Positions 9,324 to 19,918 of a stretch of DNA of 64,000 nucleotides are shown in pieces (the first letter of the stretch is position 1; each line of letters begins with the position of its first letter). The notes under the pieces were generated by a model, which was not told the DNA's origin, did no database searches, and was given only the letters and a program-made list of their open reading frames with translations. The DNA comes from Candidatus Aminicenantes bacterium. GTDB lineage: Bacteria; Acidobacteriota; Aminicenantia; Aminicenantales; JAFGBC01. The position numbers and the translations under genes are program-made. The stretch covers positions 3,392,001 to 3,456,000 of the forward strand of contig OY969696.1 of assembly GCA_963702005.1 (NCBI GenBank), read 5' to 3'.

Positions 9324-10760
9324 ATGAAACAGACACGGATCGCAACCAAGCTTATCGCGGGCCTCGCCCTGCTGACCCTCATCGTCGGCGCCGGTATCGC
9401 CCAGAAAGCTCCCAAGGACATATTCGCCTTCGGACCGCTCAACCCGATCAAGATGCCCAAGGTCGAGAAGGCCACGCTTCCCAACGGGCTGCGGCTGTTC
9501 CTGGTCGAGGACCCCGAGTACCCGACCATCGATATTTGGGCCATGGTCCGAGCCGGGTCGGTCTTCGAGCCGGCCGACAAGATCGGGCTGGCGGCCATCA
9601 CCGGACAGGTCCTGCGCACCGGCGGAACCGCGACCAGGACCGGCGACGAGATCGACAAGGAGCTCGAGACCCTGGCCGCCCGGGTCGAAACCAGCATCGG
9701 CCAGACCCAGGGCTCGCTGAGCGTCTCCTGCCTCAAGGAGGACATCGACAAGGCCTTGGCCATCCTGGCCGACATCCTGATGAACCCCGCCTTCCGCCAG
9801 GACAAGATCGACCTGGCCAAACTCCAGCAGAGGACGATGATCGCCCGCCGCAACGACGACATCGGCCAGATCACCCGCCGCGAGTTCAACAAGCTCATCT
9901 ACGGTAAGGAAAGCCCCTACGCCCGCCAGACCGAGTACGCCACGCTCGACGCCATCAGCCGCGACGACATCGTCGCCTTCTCCAAGGCCTATGTCCATCC
10001 CAACAACACCTGGATGGCCGTCTGGGGCGACTTCAAGGCCAAGGACATGCTGGCCAAGATCAAGGCCGCCCTGGGCAAGTGGCCCAAGGGGAAGGCTTCG
10101 ACCGCGCCCTGGCCGGCGGTCGCCTATCAGGATAAATATACCGTCAACTTCATCGACAAGCCCGACGTCAATCAGTCCAACGTCATGCTCGGGCACATCG
10201 GGGGCCTGATGAACAACCCCGATTATCCGGCCCTGAGCATCATGAACTTCATCCTGTCCTTCGAGCGGATGTTCAAGAAGCTCCGGACCGACGAGGGCCT
10301 GGCCTACAGCGTCTGGGGCGCTTACGGCGCCGGCTATGTCTACCCGGGCGTCTTCAACTGCGGCATCCAGACCAAGAGCCAATCGACCGTCTACGCCATC
10401 GACCTCATGATCAAGGAGCTCAAGCGGATCGCCGAGCAGGAAGTGACGGACGAGGAGCTGGCCAAGGCCAAGGACGGCTACCTCAACGGCTACGTCTTCG
10501 AGTTCGACAGCCGCTCCCAGATCGTCAACCGGATGATGATGTACGCCTACTTCGGATTCCCGCTCGATTTCAGCGAGAAGGTCAAGCTGGGTGTCGAGAA
10601 GGTGACCAAGGCCGACGTCCTGCGCGTGGCCAAGAAATACCTCCGTCCCGACAAGGTCCAGATTTTGGTCGTCGGGAAGAAGGAGGATTTCGACAAGCCG
10701 CTCTCGACGCTGGGCGAGGTCAACGTCGTCGACATCGCCATCCCGCCGGCCAAGAAATAG
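9324..10760 (+). CDS. M16B peptidase partner subunit (lacks HxxEH, carries R/Y pair)
   Basis: TLPNGLRL, VRAGSVFEP, LRTDEGLAYSV, signal peptide. Typical heterodimeric M16B pair. Confidence 0.88.
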   Translation: MKQTRIATKLIAGLALLTLIVGAGIAQKAPKDIFAFGPLNPIKMPKVEKATLPNGLRLFLVEDPEYPTIDIWAMVRAGSVFEPADKIGLAAITGQVLRTGGTATRTGDEIDKELETLAARVETSIGQTQGSLSVSCLKEDIDKALAILADILMNPAFRQDKIDLAKLQQRTMIARRNDDIGQITRREFNKLIYGKESPYARQTEYATLDAISRDDIVAFSKAYVHPNNTWMAVWGDFKAKDMLAKIKAALGKWPKGKASTAPWPAVAYQDKYTVNFIDKPDVNQSNVMLGHIGGLMNNPDYPALSIMNFILSFERMFKKLRTDEGLAYSVWGAYGAGYVYPGVFNCGIQTKSQSTVYAIDLMIKELKRIAEQEVTDEELAKAKDGYLNGYVFEFDSRSQIVNRMMMYAYFGFPLDFSEKVKLGVEKVTKADVLRVAKKYLRPDKVQILVVGKKEDFDKPLSTLGEVNVVDIAIPPAKK

Positions 10761-10773
10761 CGAATCTGCGAAT

Positions 10774-12480
10774 ATGCCTATGCATCGGGCGGCGCTCATT
10801 ATTCCGATGGCGGTGCTGCTAGGAGGTATCGCGGTTCCACGATCCGCTCACTTGAATCTCCCGCCTCCGGCCCAGTCCGTCTTCATCCGCGTCAACCAGG
10901 TCGGCTATCTTCCCGGGGACCCGAAAGTCGCCCTCGCCCTGACGAACACTAACTTGGCCGGCCGGACATTTCGGGTGGTCCGGAAAAAGGACGGAAAAAC
11001 CGTTTTCAATGGGTCGGTCGGCCGTGATCGCGGCGCCTACGGGGCTTTCGCCCACCTCTATGAGCTCGACTTCAGCGGCCTCGTCCAGAAAAACAGATAC
11101 CGCCTGGACTTGGCCGGAGCGCAATCCCCGTTTTTCGAAATCGGCACGGCCGCCTATAACCGGCTCCTCGCCTTATCCCTGAAATTCTTCCAGGTCCAAC
11201 GCTGCGGCGACACCGGCCCGAGCCGCCACGGGCCCTGCCATCTCAAGGACGGAAGGGCCGTCGACGGACCGGCGGCCGGCGCGCTTCTCGACGCCGCGGG
11301 GGGCTGGCATGACGCGGGCGACTACCTGAAATTCCTGATCAACACGGGTTTCTCGACCGTCGTCCTGCTCTCCGCCTACGAACAGAACCCCTCGGCCTTC
11401 GCCGACGGCGACAAGAACGGCACCCCGGACATCCTCGACGAGGCGCGGATCGGCGTCGACTGGATCCGCAAGCTCTGGGATCCCCAAAGGAAGATCCTGT
11501 ACTATCAGGTCGGCGACGAGAGCGATCACGACCGCTGGCGGATGCCCGAGGCGGACGCGAACCTGCCGCCGCGGAAGGTCTGGGCCTGTCAGGACGGCCG
11601 GGGGGCGAATGTCGCGGGGAAGGCCGCCGCCATCCTGGCCCTGGCGGCCTATATCTGGGACCAGCCCGCCGCGTCCTTCCGTGACCCGGTGCTGGCCGAG
11701 GCATATCTCACGGCCGCGAAAAACATTTACGCCTTCGGAAAAACCCGGCCGGCCGCCCAATCCAGCACTTCTGGTTTTTATGTCGAAGAGACCTGGAAAG
11801 ACGACCTGGCGCTTGCCGCCGCGGAGCTCTACCGGGCGACCAAGACCAAACAGTATCTGAGCGAAGCCCGCGCCTACGCCGCATCGACGGGAAGCGTGAG
11901 CCTCCTCTACTACTCCGATCTCTACCCTCTTGCTCGCTACGAGATCGCGCGCCTCGATCCGACCTATCTCGCCGAGGCGGTGTCCCTCCTCGCGGCCGAC
12001 CTCAAGGACGCCAAGAGATGGGCCGACGCCGGGCGCTTCAGGGCCGGCCTCGAGTTTTTTTACTGGGGATCGGCGACCGACATGTCGAGCATCGCCCTCG
12101 AAGCCTTCTGGCACGAAAAGCTTTCCAACAGCAAGACTTACAGAAAGATGGCCGTGTATCAACGCGACTTCGTCCTGGGCGTCAACCCCTGGGGAGTCTG
12201 TTTCGTGAACGGCGCGGGGACGACCTGGCCGCGGGCGCCCCACCATCAGGTCGCCGACCTGACCCATTCCCAGCTTACCGGATTCTGGGACGAAGGCCCT
12301 ATCCGCAAAGCCGACTGGGACCCGCTCGGGATCGTCATCACCGGGACCGACCCCTACGCCGCGTTTCAGGCGTCCGACGCGCTCTACCACGACAACGTCG
12401 AGGATTACGGGACGAATGAGCCGACCATCAACGCCAATGCGGTCGGGATGGCCTTGCTCGCCGCGATGCTCGATCACTGA
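10774..12480 (+). CDS. Glycoside hydrolase family 9 with N-terminal Ig-like domain
   Basis: IRVNQVGYLP, GGWHDAGDYLK, PHHQ and YHDxxxDYGTNEPTINANA catalytic motifs. Confidence 0.9.
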   Translation: MPMHRAALIIPMAVLLGGIAVPRSAHLNLPPPAQSVFIRVNQVGYLPGDPKVALALTNTNLAGRTFRVVRKKDGKTVFNGSVGRDRGAYGAFAHLYELDFSGLVQKNRYRLDLAGAQSPFFEIGTAAYNRLLALSLKFFQVQRCGDTGPSRHGPCHLKDGRAVDGPAAGALLDAAGGWHDAGDYLKFLINTGFSTVVLLSAYEQNPSAFADGDKNGTPDILDEARIGVDWIRKLWDPQRKILYYQVGDESDHDRWRMPEADANLPPRKVWACQDGRGANVAGKAAAILALAAYIWDQPAASFRDPVLAEAYLTAAKNIYAFGKTRPAAQSSTSGFYVEETWKDDLALAAAELYRATKTKQYLSEARAYAASTGSVSLLYYSDLYPLARYEIARLDPTYLAEAVSLLAADLKDAKRWADAGRFRAGLEFFYWGSATDMSSIALEAFWHEKLSNSKTYRKMAVYQRDFVLGVNPWGVCFVNGAGTTWPRAPHHQVADLTHSQLTGFWDEGPIRKADWDPLGIVITGTDPYAAFQASDALYHDNVEDYGTNEPTINANAVGMALLAAMLDH

Positions 12481-12481
12481 A

Positions 12482-14017
12482 ATGGCCCGTAACCGTTCCT
12501 CGTCGAGCACGATTTTCCTCTCGGGCATCTTCATCGTTCTGTTCGCGTTCCCGGGCTGCGCCAAGAAAACCGCTCCGACGAGCGGGCCGGAGCCGCTGGG
12601 CGTATTCGAGAGCCACGGCGATATCGGCGCCGTCGAACGGGCCGGGTCGGCGGCTTACGACGGGCAAACCCAGGACTACCTGGTCGAAGGCTCGGGCGCG
12701 AACATGTGGTTCGGGACCGACGAGTTTCAGTTCCTGTGGAAACGCCTTAAGGGGGATTTCATCCTCAGCGCGCGGATCGCCTTTATCGGGAAAGGCGTTG
12801 AGGCGCACCGGAAAATCGGCTGGATGGCGCGATCGACGCTCGAACCCAGCGCGGCCCACGTGAGCACGGTCGTCCACGGCGACGGACTGACTTCGCTCCA
12901 GTTCAGGAAAACGCCGGGCGAAGACACCGGCGAAGTTCAAATGGCGGTCAGGGATGCCGATCAGATCCAGCTCGAGCGCAGGGGCGACGGCTTTATCGCC
13001 TCGGCGGCCCGATTCGGCGAAACGTATGTCAGCGAACGGATTTCAAATGTCGCGCTGGGCGAGGAGGTCTATGCGGGCCTTTTCGTCTGTTCCCACAACG
13101 CCAAGGTTTCGGAAAAGGCCCGCTTCTCCAACGTGCGGCTGATCATCCCGGCGCCCGAGGGTTTCGTTCCCTACCGGGACTTCATCGGCGGCAGCCTGGA
13201 GATCCTGGACGCCCTGAGCGGGGACAGGAAAATCATTTTCGGGTCGCCTCGCGCGCTCCAGGCCCCCAACTGGACGAGGGACGGGCGCGCCCTGATCTAT
13301 AACATGGACGGGCTGCTCTACAGGCTTGACCTGGCCGGGCGGGCGCCCGCCGTCCTGGACACCGGATTCGCCAAATCCAACAACAACGACCATGTGCTGT
13401 CCTTCGACGGCCGGACGCTCGGGATCAGCAACCACAGCCCGGAGGACGGCGACGAATCGATCATCTACACGGTTCCGCTGGAGGGCGGAATCCCCGCCCG
13501 CGTGACGCCCAAGGGGCCCTCTTACCTGCACGGCTGGTCGCCCGACGGACGCACCCTCGTTTACACGGGCGGCCGGGACGGCGAATACGACGTCTACAAG
13601 ATCGCGGTGGAGGGCGGCCAAGAAACTCGGCTGACCGACGCAAAAGGGCTGGACGACGGTCCGGAATATGCGCCGGACGGGCGGTTCATCTACTTCAATT
13701 CGAGCCGAACCGGCACGATGCAGATCTGGCGCATGAAGCCCGACGGGAACGGACAGGAACGGGTCACCTTCGGCGCGCTTCAGGACTGGTTCCCGCACAT
13801 CTCGCCCGACGGCCGCTGGATTGTGTTCCTGTCGTTCGGGAAGGATGTCGATCCGCAGGATCACCCTTTCTACAAGCAGGTCTATCTTCGGATCATGCCG
13901 GCGGCCGGAGGGGAGCCCCGCGTGATCGCCTATGTTTACGGCGGGCAGGGCACGATCAACGTCCCTTCCTGGTCGCCCGACAGCCGGAAGATCGCTTTCG
14001 TCAGCAGCACGGACTGA
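12482..14017 (+). CDS. TolB-like PD40-repeat lipoprotein with N-terminal beta-sandwich domain
   Basis: Lipobox-like FPGC, repeated WSPDG/YAPDG/ISPDG PD40 motifs, TINVPSWSPD end. Confidence 0.8.
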   Translation: MARNRSSSSTIFLSGIFIVLFAFPGCAKKTAPTSGPEPLGVFESHGDIGAVERAGSAAYDGQTQDYLVEGSGANMWFGTDEFQFLWKRLKGDFILSARIAFIGKGVEAHRKIGWMARSTLEPSAAHVSTVVHGDGLTSLQFRKTPGEDTGEVQMAVRDADQIQLERRGDGFIASAARFGETYVSERISNVALGEEVYAGLFVCSHNAKVSEKARFSNVRLIIPAPEGFVPYRDFIGGSLEILDALSGDRKIIFGSPRALQAPNWTRDGRALIYNMDGLLYRLDLAGRAPAVLDTGFAKSNNNDHVLSFDGRTLGISNHSPEDGDESIIYTVPLEGGIPARVTPKGPSYLHGWSPDGRTLVYTGGRDGEYDVYKIAVEGGQETRLTDAKGLDDGPEYAPDGRFIYFNSSRTGTMQIWRMKPDGNGQERVTFGALQDWFPHISPDGRWIVFLSFGKDVDPQDHPFYKQVYLRIMPAAGGEPRVIAYVYGGQGTINVPSWSPDSRKIAFVSSTD

Positions 14018-14061
14018 AGGCCCCGGCTACCGGCCCGTTACTCGCCCGAGAAAAAAGGAAG

Positions 14062-15969
14062 TTAGCGGTTGTATTTGGCCAGCCAAGCCGCGATTTCATC
14101 GAATACGTTGCGGCGCTGTTCCCACAGGGAAGGAAAATGCCCTGAGCCGGGATAGCTGACCATGCGCACCGTCTTGCCGCGCTCGGCCAGGAGCGCGTAG
14201 AACTCGAGCCCCTGCAGCATGGGCACGCGAATGTCGTTGGCGCCGTGGAGAATGAGGAGCGGTGTCGTCACTCGGTCCGCGAACATGACGGCGGAAAACT
14301 TGAGGAAGGGCTCGACGCCCTTCTCCTGCCAGCGCTGATCGTAATCAATCTGCTGGACGTCGCTGGTCGGGATGAAACTGAGCCAGTCGGTGATCCCGGC
14401 GCCTTCGATCGCGGCGCGATAGCGGCTCGTCCGGGTGACGGTCCAGGAGGTCATGAATCCTCCGGCGCTCCAGCCGAAGATCGCCAGCCGATTCGGATCG
14501 GCCCACCCCTTCGCAATCGCGTAATCCGTCGCGCTGTCCACGTCCGAATAAGCACGATCGCCGAAGTGCTGATAGATCGCGTTCAGGAAATCGGTGCCGT
14601 AGCCCGTCGAGCCGCGGTACTGCGGCTGCATGACGACATAGCCCAAACCCGCAATGGTCCGGGCCCAGCCGTCGAGATAGAGAAAATCGTTCCCCTCCGG
14701 ACCGCCGTGCGGCAGGACCAGAAACGGACACGGCGCGCCCTCCCGATATGCCGCGGGGAAAGTTACGATGCCCTGGAGCTTTGTCCCGTCTCGGGCGGTC
14801 CAGTCGACCACCCGGACCGGGCCGAGCGCGATCGTCGCCAGCCGCTCGTCGCCCTCCGAGGTGATTTTGACGAGTTGCCCTTTTCGCCCGACGACCACGT
14901 TGTTTCCGTGCTCAGGGTCCCCCACGAGGACCGCGAGCTGCTCCGGAGCTCCCGCCATTGTCGAAAAAACGGGCGTGCCTAACACGCTCCCATCCGGCCA
15001 GATATACGCGGGCGTCAGGAGGCCGTCCTCGAAAACATCGATTTCCCCCCGGACGCCGCGGGCCACGAAGACCCAGACGATTCCCCGGGGATCGCCGACA
15101 AGACCTAAAGCCGAACCGGCCAAATCGGGCGTCCGGTCCACGGGCCGGCCGCCGGCGACGGGGACGGTCCAAACATGGTCGGGCGTCAGGACTTGCGTGG
15201 TCGTGCTGAGAAAGGCCAGTTCATTGCCTCCCACCGTCCAGGCGATGCCTGCGGCTGCGTTGGGAACTTCCGCGACGCGCCGCGCACCCGGGGCCGCACA
15301 GATATCCAGGGTGGAGTGGACAAAATGACAGCCGAGTTTGGGCGTCTGCGACAACGCGGCGATCGTCGAACTGTCCGCCGACCATGAAATTGCGGCGATG
15401 TTCTCAAGGCCGGGACACCACCAACGGCCTTCGGAGCCGTCGCTGCCGACGACGTAGAGGCTGGATTTATCGTTTTCAACCACCATGCGCGTTTCGGCCA
15501 AGGCGTCGGGAGGACGAGGGTCGGCCAGCAGGGCGAAACGAGACCCGTCCGGAGAGAGGGCGGCCGAGCGGATGCCGGAGGGAAGCGCTATGATGACCGT
15601 GGGTTTGTCCGTCGCGAGAGGCACCACGGCCAGTTGGTTCCGGTGCTCGACTTCGAGCGTTCCGAATAGGGCCGCGCCGTCTTTCATGAAACCCGACGGA
15701 CTAAAATGCTCCGGGAGAGTCAGCTTGCGCGGGTTCGAGCCGTCGACGGCGACGAGGTGCCACTCGCGATTGGTGGGCCCTTTCGCCCCGCCGAAGGACA
15801 CTCCGTAAAGAATCGTATCGCCGTCGGGAGCGATCGCAATCGGGCGGGCCGAGCGGAGGGCGGCCATATCCTCCGGGCCAAAGGGATGCTTTTCAGCCGC
15901 CTGGATCGCCGCGGCGCTCAAGCCGACAAACAAGGCCAGGAAAATTCCGCACGCTATCTTTTTTCTCAT
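14062..15969 (-). CDS. S9 family peptidase (prolyl oligopeptidase/acylaminoacyl peptidase)
   Basis: PHGGP, YRGSTGYG, GWSAGG nucleophile elbow, HGANDIRVP, GH triad, signal peptide from MRKKIA. Confidence 0.9.
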   Translation of the reverse strand: MRKKIACGIFLALFVGLSAAAIQAAEKHPFGPEDMAALRSARPIAIAPDGDTILYGVSFGGAKGPTNREWHLVAVDGSNPRKLTLPEHFSPSGFMKDGAALFGTLEVEHRNQLAVVPLATDKPTVIIALPSGIRSAALSPDGSRFALLADPRPPDALAETRMVVENDKSSLYVVGSDGSEGRWWCPGLENIAAISWSADSSTIAALSQTPKLGCHFVHSTLDICAAPGARRVAEVPNAAAGIAWTVGGNELAFLSTTTQVLTPDHVWTVPVAGGRPVDRTPDLAGSALGLVGDPRGIVWVFVARGVRGEIDVFEDGLLTPAYIWPDGSVLGTPVFSTMAGAPEQLAVLVGDPEHGNNVVVGRKGQLVKITSEGDERLATIALGPVRVVDWTARDGTKLQGIVTFPAAYREGAPCPFLVLPHGGPEGNDFLYLDGWARTIAGLGYVVMQPQYRGSTGYGTDFLNAIYQHFGDRAYSDVDSATDYAIAKGWADPNRLAIFGWSAGGFMTSWTVTRTSRYRAAIEGAGITDWLSFIPTSDVQQIDYDQRWQEKGVEPFLKFSAVMFADRVTTPLLILHGANDIRVPMLQGLEFYALLAERGKTVRMVSYPGSGHFPSLWEQRRNVFDEIAAWLAKYNR

Positions 15970-16039
15970 TTTTTCCCTCCCCTTCCTGTTTTCAAAATGA
16001 CAGTTTGATGTAGTTTTTCCCAGGGAGGTGAGGCCTTTA

Positions 16040-17107
16040 TCAATAGGCCTCGACCTCGGCCACGAGCTCTGCCATGAGTTCCTTGACCGTGACAATCTTG
16101 TTGACCCTGTAGGCATTCTCACCGCAGAAAATAAGGCCATGATCGACATCGCCGATACAAGCATTGACGAGAGCCAGGGCTATGCAGTATTTAGCGTTCA
16201 GAACATCACACGTGCTCAGGCATCGGTAGGGACAGCGAATGTCGAGCTTACCCCGCTTTTCCACGTCCTTGATGAAAGCATTCCGGATGGCTCTTCCCGG
16301 CAGGCCGACCGGGCTCTTGATAATGACGATGTCTTCTTTTGTTGCGCTGAGATAAGCCTGCTTGAATTCGGGAGCAACATCGCATTCGATCGTGCCGACA
16401 AATCGGGTTGCCATCTGGACTCCGGACGCGCCGGCCAGGAGCATTTCAGCGATGTCCTTGCCGGTAAAAATGCCGCCGCCCGCGATCACCGGGATTTTCT
16501 TCCCGTATTTGTCTTCATAGGCCTTGACGGCCTCAAGGACTTCGGGCAGGAGTCTTTGGAGCGAATAGTCTTCGATCCGCTCGAGCTGCTCCAGGGAAAA
16601 GCCTAGATGGCCGCCCGCCAGAGGCCCCTCCAGGATAATGCCGTCGGCCGTCCGGCCGAAACGCTTATCCCAGGCCCGCAGGACCAATCCCGCGGCTCGC
16701 CCGGAGCTGACGATGGGCACGAGATTAACGGAGGGATCGTCCGCCTGTCCGGGAAGCCTGAGCGGAAGGCTCGCTCCGGCAACAATCATTTTTATCCCTT
16801 CCCGAACCATGGTGCCGATCAAATCATCGGCATTGCTTAATACCCCCATAACATTCACGGCCAGGAGGCCGGTCGTCAGGCTTTTCGCTTTGCGGATCTC
16901 GGAGGCCAGCGCTTCTCGAGACATCCTTTCATATTCGTATTTCGAAGCTTCGACGTCTCCCAGGCCCACGCTGGCAATGGTTCCTATCCCCCCTTCATTG
17001 GACACCGCCGAAGCCAGAGAGGAAAGAGAGACTCTCACCCCCATGGCGCCTTGAACAATCGGAAGCTTCGCGGTCAGACTCCCGATTTGAAGTTGAGGAA
17101 TTTTCAT
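16040..17107 (-). CDS. Nitronate monooxygenase/FabK-superfamily flavoprotein, FabX-like (FMN plus predicted [4Fe-4S])
   Basis: PIVQGAMGV, EGPLAGGHLG, GVQMATRF, SPVGLPGRA, C-terminal CxxxCxxxC...YCI cysteine cluster. ATGA overlap with fabF. Confidence 0.85.
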   Translation of the reverse strand: MKIPQLQIGSLTAKLPIVQGAMGVRVSLSSLASAVSNEGGIGTIASVGLGDVEASKYEYERMSREALASEIRKAKSLTTGLLAVNVMGVLSNADDLIGTMVREGIKMIVAGASLPLRLPGQADDPSVNLVPIVSSGRAAGLVLRAWDKRFGRTADGIILEGPLAGGHLGFSLEQLERIEDYSLQRLLPEVLEAVKAYEDKYGKKIPVIAGGGIFTGKDIAEMLLAGASGVQMATRFVGTIECDVAPEFKQAYLSATKEDIVIIKSPVGLPGRAIRNAFIKDVEKRGKLDIRCPYRCLSTCDVLNAKYCIALALVNACIGDVDHGLIFCGENAYRVNKIVTVKELMAELVAEVEAY

Positions 17108-18354
17108 GTGTCTCCTCGGTATCGGCTCAGAACCAGGCAGGCGTTCCCCCCCCCGAAGCCGAATGAGTTTGTCAGGGCGGCCAAAAGATGAACGCTCTCC
17201 GCTCCCTGAGTCACATAACTCAGCGGACATTCAGGGTCGGGATCCTCATAGTTGATGGTCGGAGGAATAATTCCAGTAAAGACGCTCAGGGCGGTGGATA
17301 CCAGCTCCACCGCGCCGGCGGCCGCCATGAGATGCCCGATCATGGACTTGATCGAGCTGATCCTCGGGCATTGGGCCCGCTCGCCGAAAACGCTCTGTAT
17401 GGCCGCGCTTTCGGTTTTATCGTTCAGTACGGTCGAGGTTCCATGAGCGTTAATATGCCCGATATCGGCCAATGCGATCTTGGCATCCCGGAGCGCCAGG
17501 TTCATAACGCGCGCCATCCCGTCTCCGGAGGGGTCCGGCGACGTGATATGATAGGCATCGGACGTGTTCCCGTAGCCCGCCAGCTCGGCATAGATCCTCG
17601 CCCTGCGCCGCAGGGCGAGTTCAAGCCTCTCCAAGACGACGATTCCAGCCCCCTCGCCCATTACAAATCCGTCGCGATTTCTATCAAAAGGCCGACTGGC
17701 TTTGTCGGGACGATCATTTCTTTTTGACATCGACCGCGTCGCGCAGAATCCGCCATAAGCCAGGGGCGTCAGGCAGGCCTCGGAGGCGCCTGCCAGCATG
17801 ATATCGGCATCGCCTCTTTGGAGTATCCTGAAGGCATCTCCGACGGCATTAGCGCCGGTCGAGCAGGCAACGGAAAGCGCCGACAGGGGGCCTTTGAATC
17901 CATAATTGATGGAGACCGCGCTCGCGCACATGTTAATTAGCAATTTGGAAACAAAAAAGGGATTCAATGACTTGGGGCCTTTGTCCCGGATCAGCGAATA
18001 GCCATCCTCGATGGTTTCAGACCCCCCGATTCCGGAGCCGATGATGACTCCGGCCCGGTCCCTATCGAAAGCCGCGAGGTCCAGGCCAGCGTCACGGATC
18101 GCCATGCCCGCGGCCGCTAAGCCGAACTGGGCGAATCGATCCATGCGCCCCGCGGCCTTTTTATCGATCCAGTCCTCCGGACGAAAATCCTTCACTTCAG
18201 CGGCCATCTGAGAGGAAAAAGCGGAAGGATCAAAACGGCTAACCTTCGCCACGCCGTTCTGTCCGGACGTCAAGCCCTTCCAGAAATTTTCAACGCCGAT
18301 GCCGATCGGCGTCACGACTCCCATCCCTGTGATCACGACTCTGGCATCGTTCAT
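17104..18354 (-). CDS. fabF: 3-oxoacyl-ACP synthase II
   Basis: RVVITGMG, ACSTG (Cys), INAHGTST (His), KSMIGHL (His), NSFGFGG. Confidence 0.93.
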   Translation of the reverse strand: MNDARVVITGMGVVTPIGIGVENFWKGLTSGQNGVAKVSRFDPSAFSSQMAAEVKDFRPEDWIDKKAAGRMDRFAQFGLAAAGMAIRDAGLDLAAFDRDRAGVIIGSGIGGSETIEDGYSLIRDKGPKSLNPFFVSKLLINMCASAVSINYGFKGPLSALSVACSTGANAVGDAFRILQRGDADIMLAGASEACLTPLAYGGFCATRSMSKRNDRPDKASRPFDRNRDGFVMGEGAGIVVLERLELALRRRARIYAELAGYGNTSDAYHITSPDPSGDGMARVMNLALRDAKIALADIGHINAHGTSTVLNDKTESAAIQSVFGERAQCPRISSIKSMIGHLMAAAGAVELVSTALSVFTGIIPPTINYEDPDPECPLSYVTQGAESVHLLAALTNSFGFGGGNACLVLSRYRGDT

Positions 18355-18364
18355 CGTTGAGCTC

Positions 18365-18430
18365 TCAGCGGCGGAAGTCGGCGCCGATGAACTTGAAACC
18401 GGCGACAATTCCCGTCCGCCACTACTCCCA
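18365..18430 (-). repeat. Degenerate 66-bp copy of the esterase gene 3' end (direct repeat of 19919..19984)
   Basis: 59/66 nt identical by manual alignment. Translates as WE*WRTGIVAGFKFIGADFRR* versus WEYWKTGIVDGLKFIGADFRR*. Confidence 0.9.
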
Positions 18431-18475
18431 TAAGAAATCACCTTGACGGCGGCAGGGGGCCCGGCTATCTCCGCG

Positions 18476-19042
18476 TCACTTCGTAATGACCCAGCCGTAT
18501 TCTTTCACCTCGGTTACGGCGATGGTGGTCGTAGCGACGACCTTCGCGTCGCTCTTGCGGGAGGCACTGTACTTATAGGAGCCAAATCGAACCCTGGACA
18601 CCGTCTGGCTGACCTGATCTCCGATATCGCCGAGGTATACGTCGTCTACGTATATCTTCAGGATCTCTCCATATCGATTCGTGATTAGGACGGTGGCGGG
18701 CCCCGGAACGGTGAGAGTATAGGAGGTGCCCACCAGGGTATCAAGAGTCGTGGAATAGACCAAGTCCCCGGTATCCGACTTTTTGGCCTCGAACAGGTGT
18801 GAGCCCTGGCTGACGTTCTCGACCGAGTCGCTGGCTCCGTCGGCAATTGCGAACTCGGACGCCCCGTCCATGGTGATAGCGACGGTCGCGCCGCACTGAT
18901 TGGCGATCAAGACGCTGGTTGCGACGCTCGTGGTGGTGCTCGCTTTCTTGCAGCCCATTAAGGAAAGGCAAAGAATCCCCGTCAACGCGCCGGCCACAGC
19001 CGCGACCTTTCTTCTTGGTTTTTTCGGCCTCGACATTCGCAT
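18476..19042 (-). CDS. Hypothetical lipoprotein with two tandem small beta-sandwich repeats
   Basis: Lipobox LMGC. Internal repeat VLIANQCGATVAITMDG...GSHLFEA versus VLITNRYGEILKIYVDD...GSYKYSA. Start at 19042 or 19036. Confidence 0.7.
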   Translation of the reverse strand: MRMSRPKKPRRKVAAVAGALTGILCLSLMGCKKASTTTSVATSVLIANQCGATVAITMDGASEFAIADGASDSVENVSQGSHLFEAKKSDTGDLVYSTTLDTLVGTSYTLTVPGPATVLITNRYGEILKIYVDDVYLGDIGDQVSQTVSRVRFGSYKYSASRKSDAKVVATTTIAVTEVKEYGWVITK

Positions 19043-19271
19043 CTCGCTTTTTCCCGTGATTTTTATCTCGGGACCTTTTCGGTCCGCGATCTCTTCCGAC
19101 CTGATATAAATTAACATATTGTCCCTCTGACTACAACTCGATATCGAGCCGGATCGTTTCCCGGTTCGCCCCGCCAAATGCCCCGGTCCGGCATCAAATT
19201 GTGCAACCGTACGGCGGGGGAATATGTTAAAATAGTATGGACTGGATCAGAGGCTGAAAGGTGCAACGGCC

Positions 19272-19874
19272 ATGAGTCATCGCAAAAAAGTCCAACGAAC
19301 AGGATTTCTGGTACGGGCGCTCCCCCTGCTTATCCTGCTCCTTTCCGGGAGCTGCAAATGGGGACCCCCCGATTATTCCCTGACCGTCATCGTCGAAGAC
19401 GGAGTCACGGGGACTCCGGAGGCCGGAAAGTATTCCTACCAGGAGCTGACCACCGTACAGCTCAATTACACCCCCGTCAACCCTCTCAATACCGTCGAAG
19501 TGATGCTCAACGGCGACACCCGGAAAACGGGGGTAAGTTCCCTCATCATGTATGGCGACGGTTACCGGCTGACGGCCCGATTAGTGGATATTCGCGGCTC
19601 TTGGAAAATCACCCTGACCAACACGGATACGTCGATCGGCGCGCCGGATCCTTTCGTCATCACAATCTCGGGCCCTGATCTGGCGTCCGGGACCTTTAGC
19701 GACGGCCGGGGATATCACGGGACCTGGTCGGCGACGGCCAGCAGCCTCACCCTCGCTTATTGGGATTGGAATTTCTACGTTTTGAGCGGGACGGTTTTCA
19801 ATATGGGGTATAGCTCGGGGACCTTCAGCGGAGCGGGGCTGACCGGGACCTGGTCGGCGACAAGACAAGACTGA
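19272..19874 (+). CDS. Hypothetical beta-rich lipoprotein
   Basis: Lipobox LSGSC, repeated GTFS...GTWSAT motif, divergent from the previous gene. Confidence 0.72.
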   Translation: MSHRKKVQRTGFLVRALPLLILLLSGSCKWGPPDYSLTVIVEDGVTGTPEAGKYSYQELTTVQLNYTPVNPLNTVEVMLNGDTRKTGVSSLIMYGDGYRLTARLVDIRGSWKITLTNTDTSIGAPDPFVITISGPDLASGTFSDGRGYHGTWSATASSLTLAYWDWNFYVLSGTVFNMGYSSGTFSGAGLTGTWSATRQD

Positions 19875-19918
19875 GCATGGCCGTTCGGCCGCTGCCGGAC
19901 GCCTGATTGCGGCCGCGG

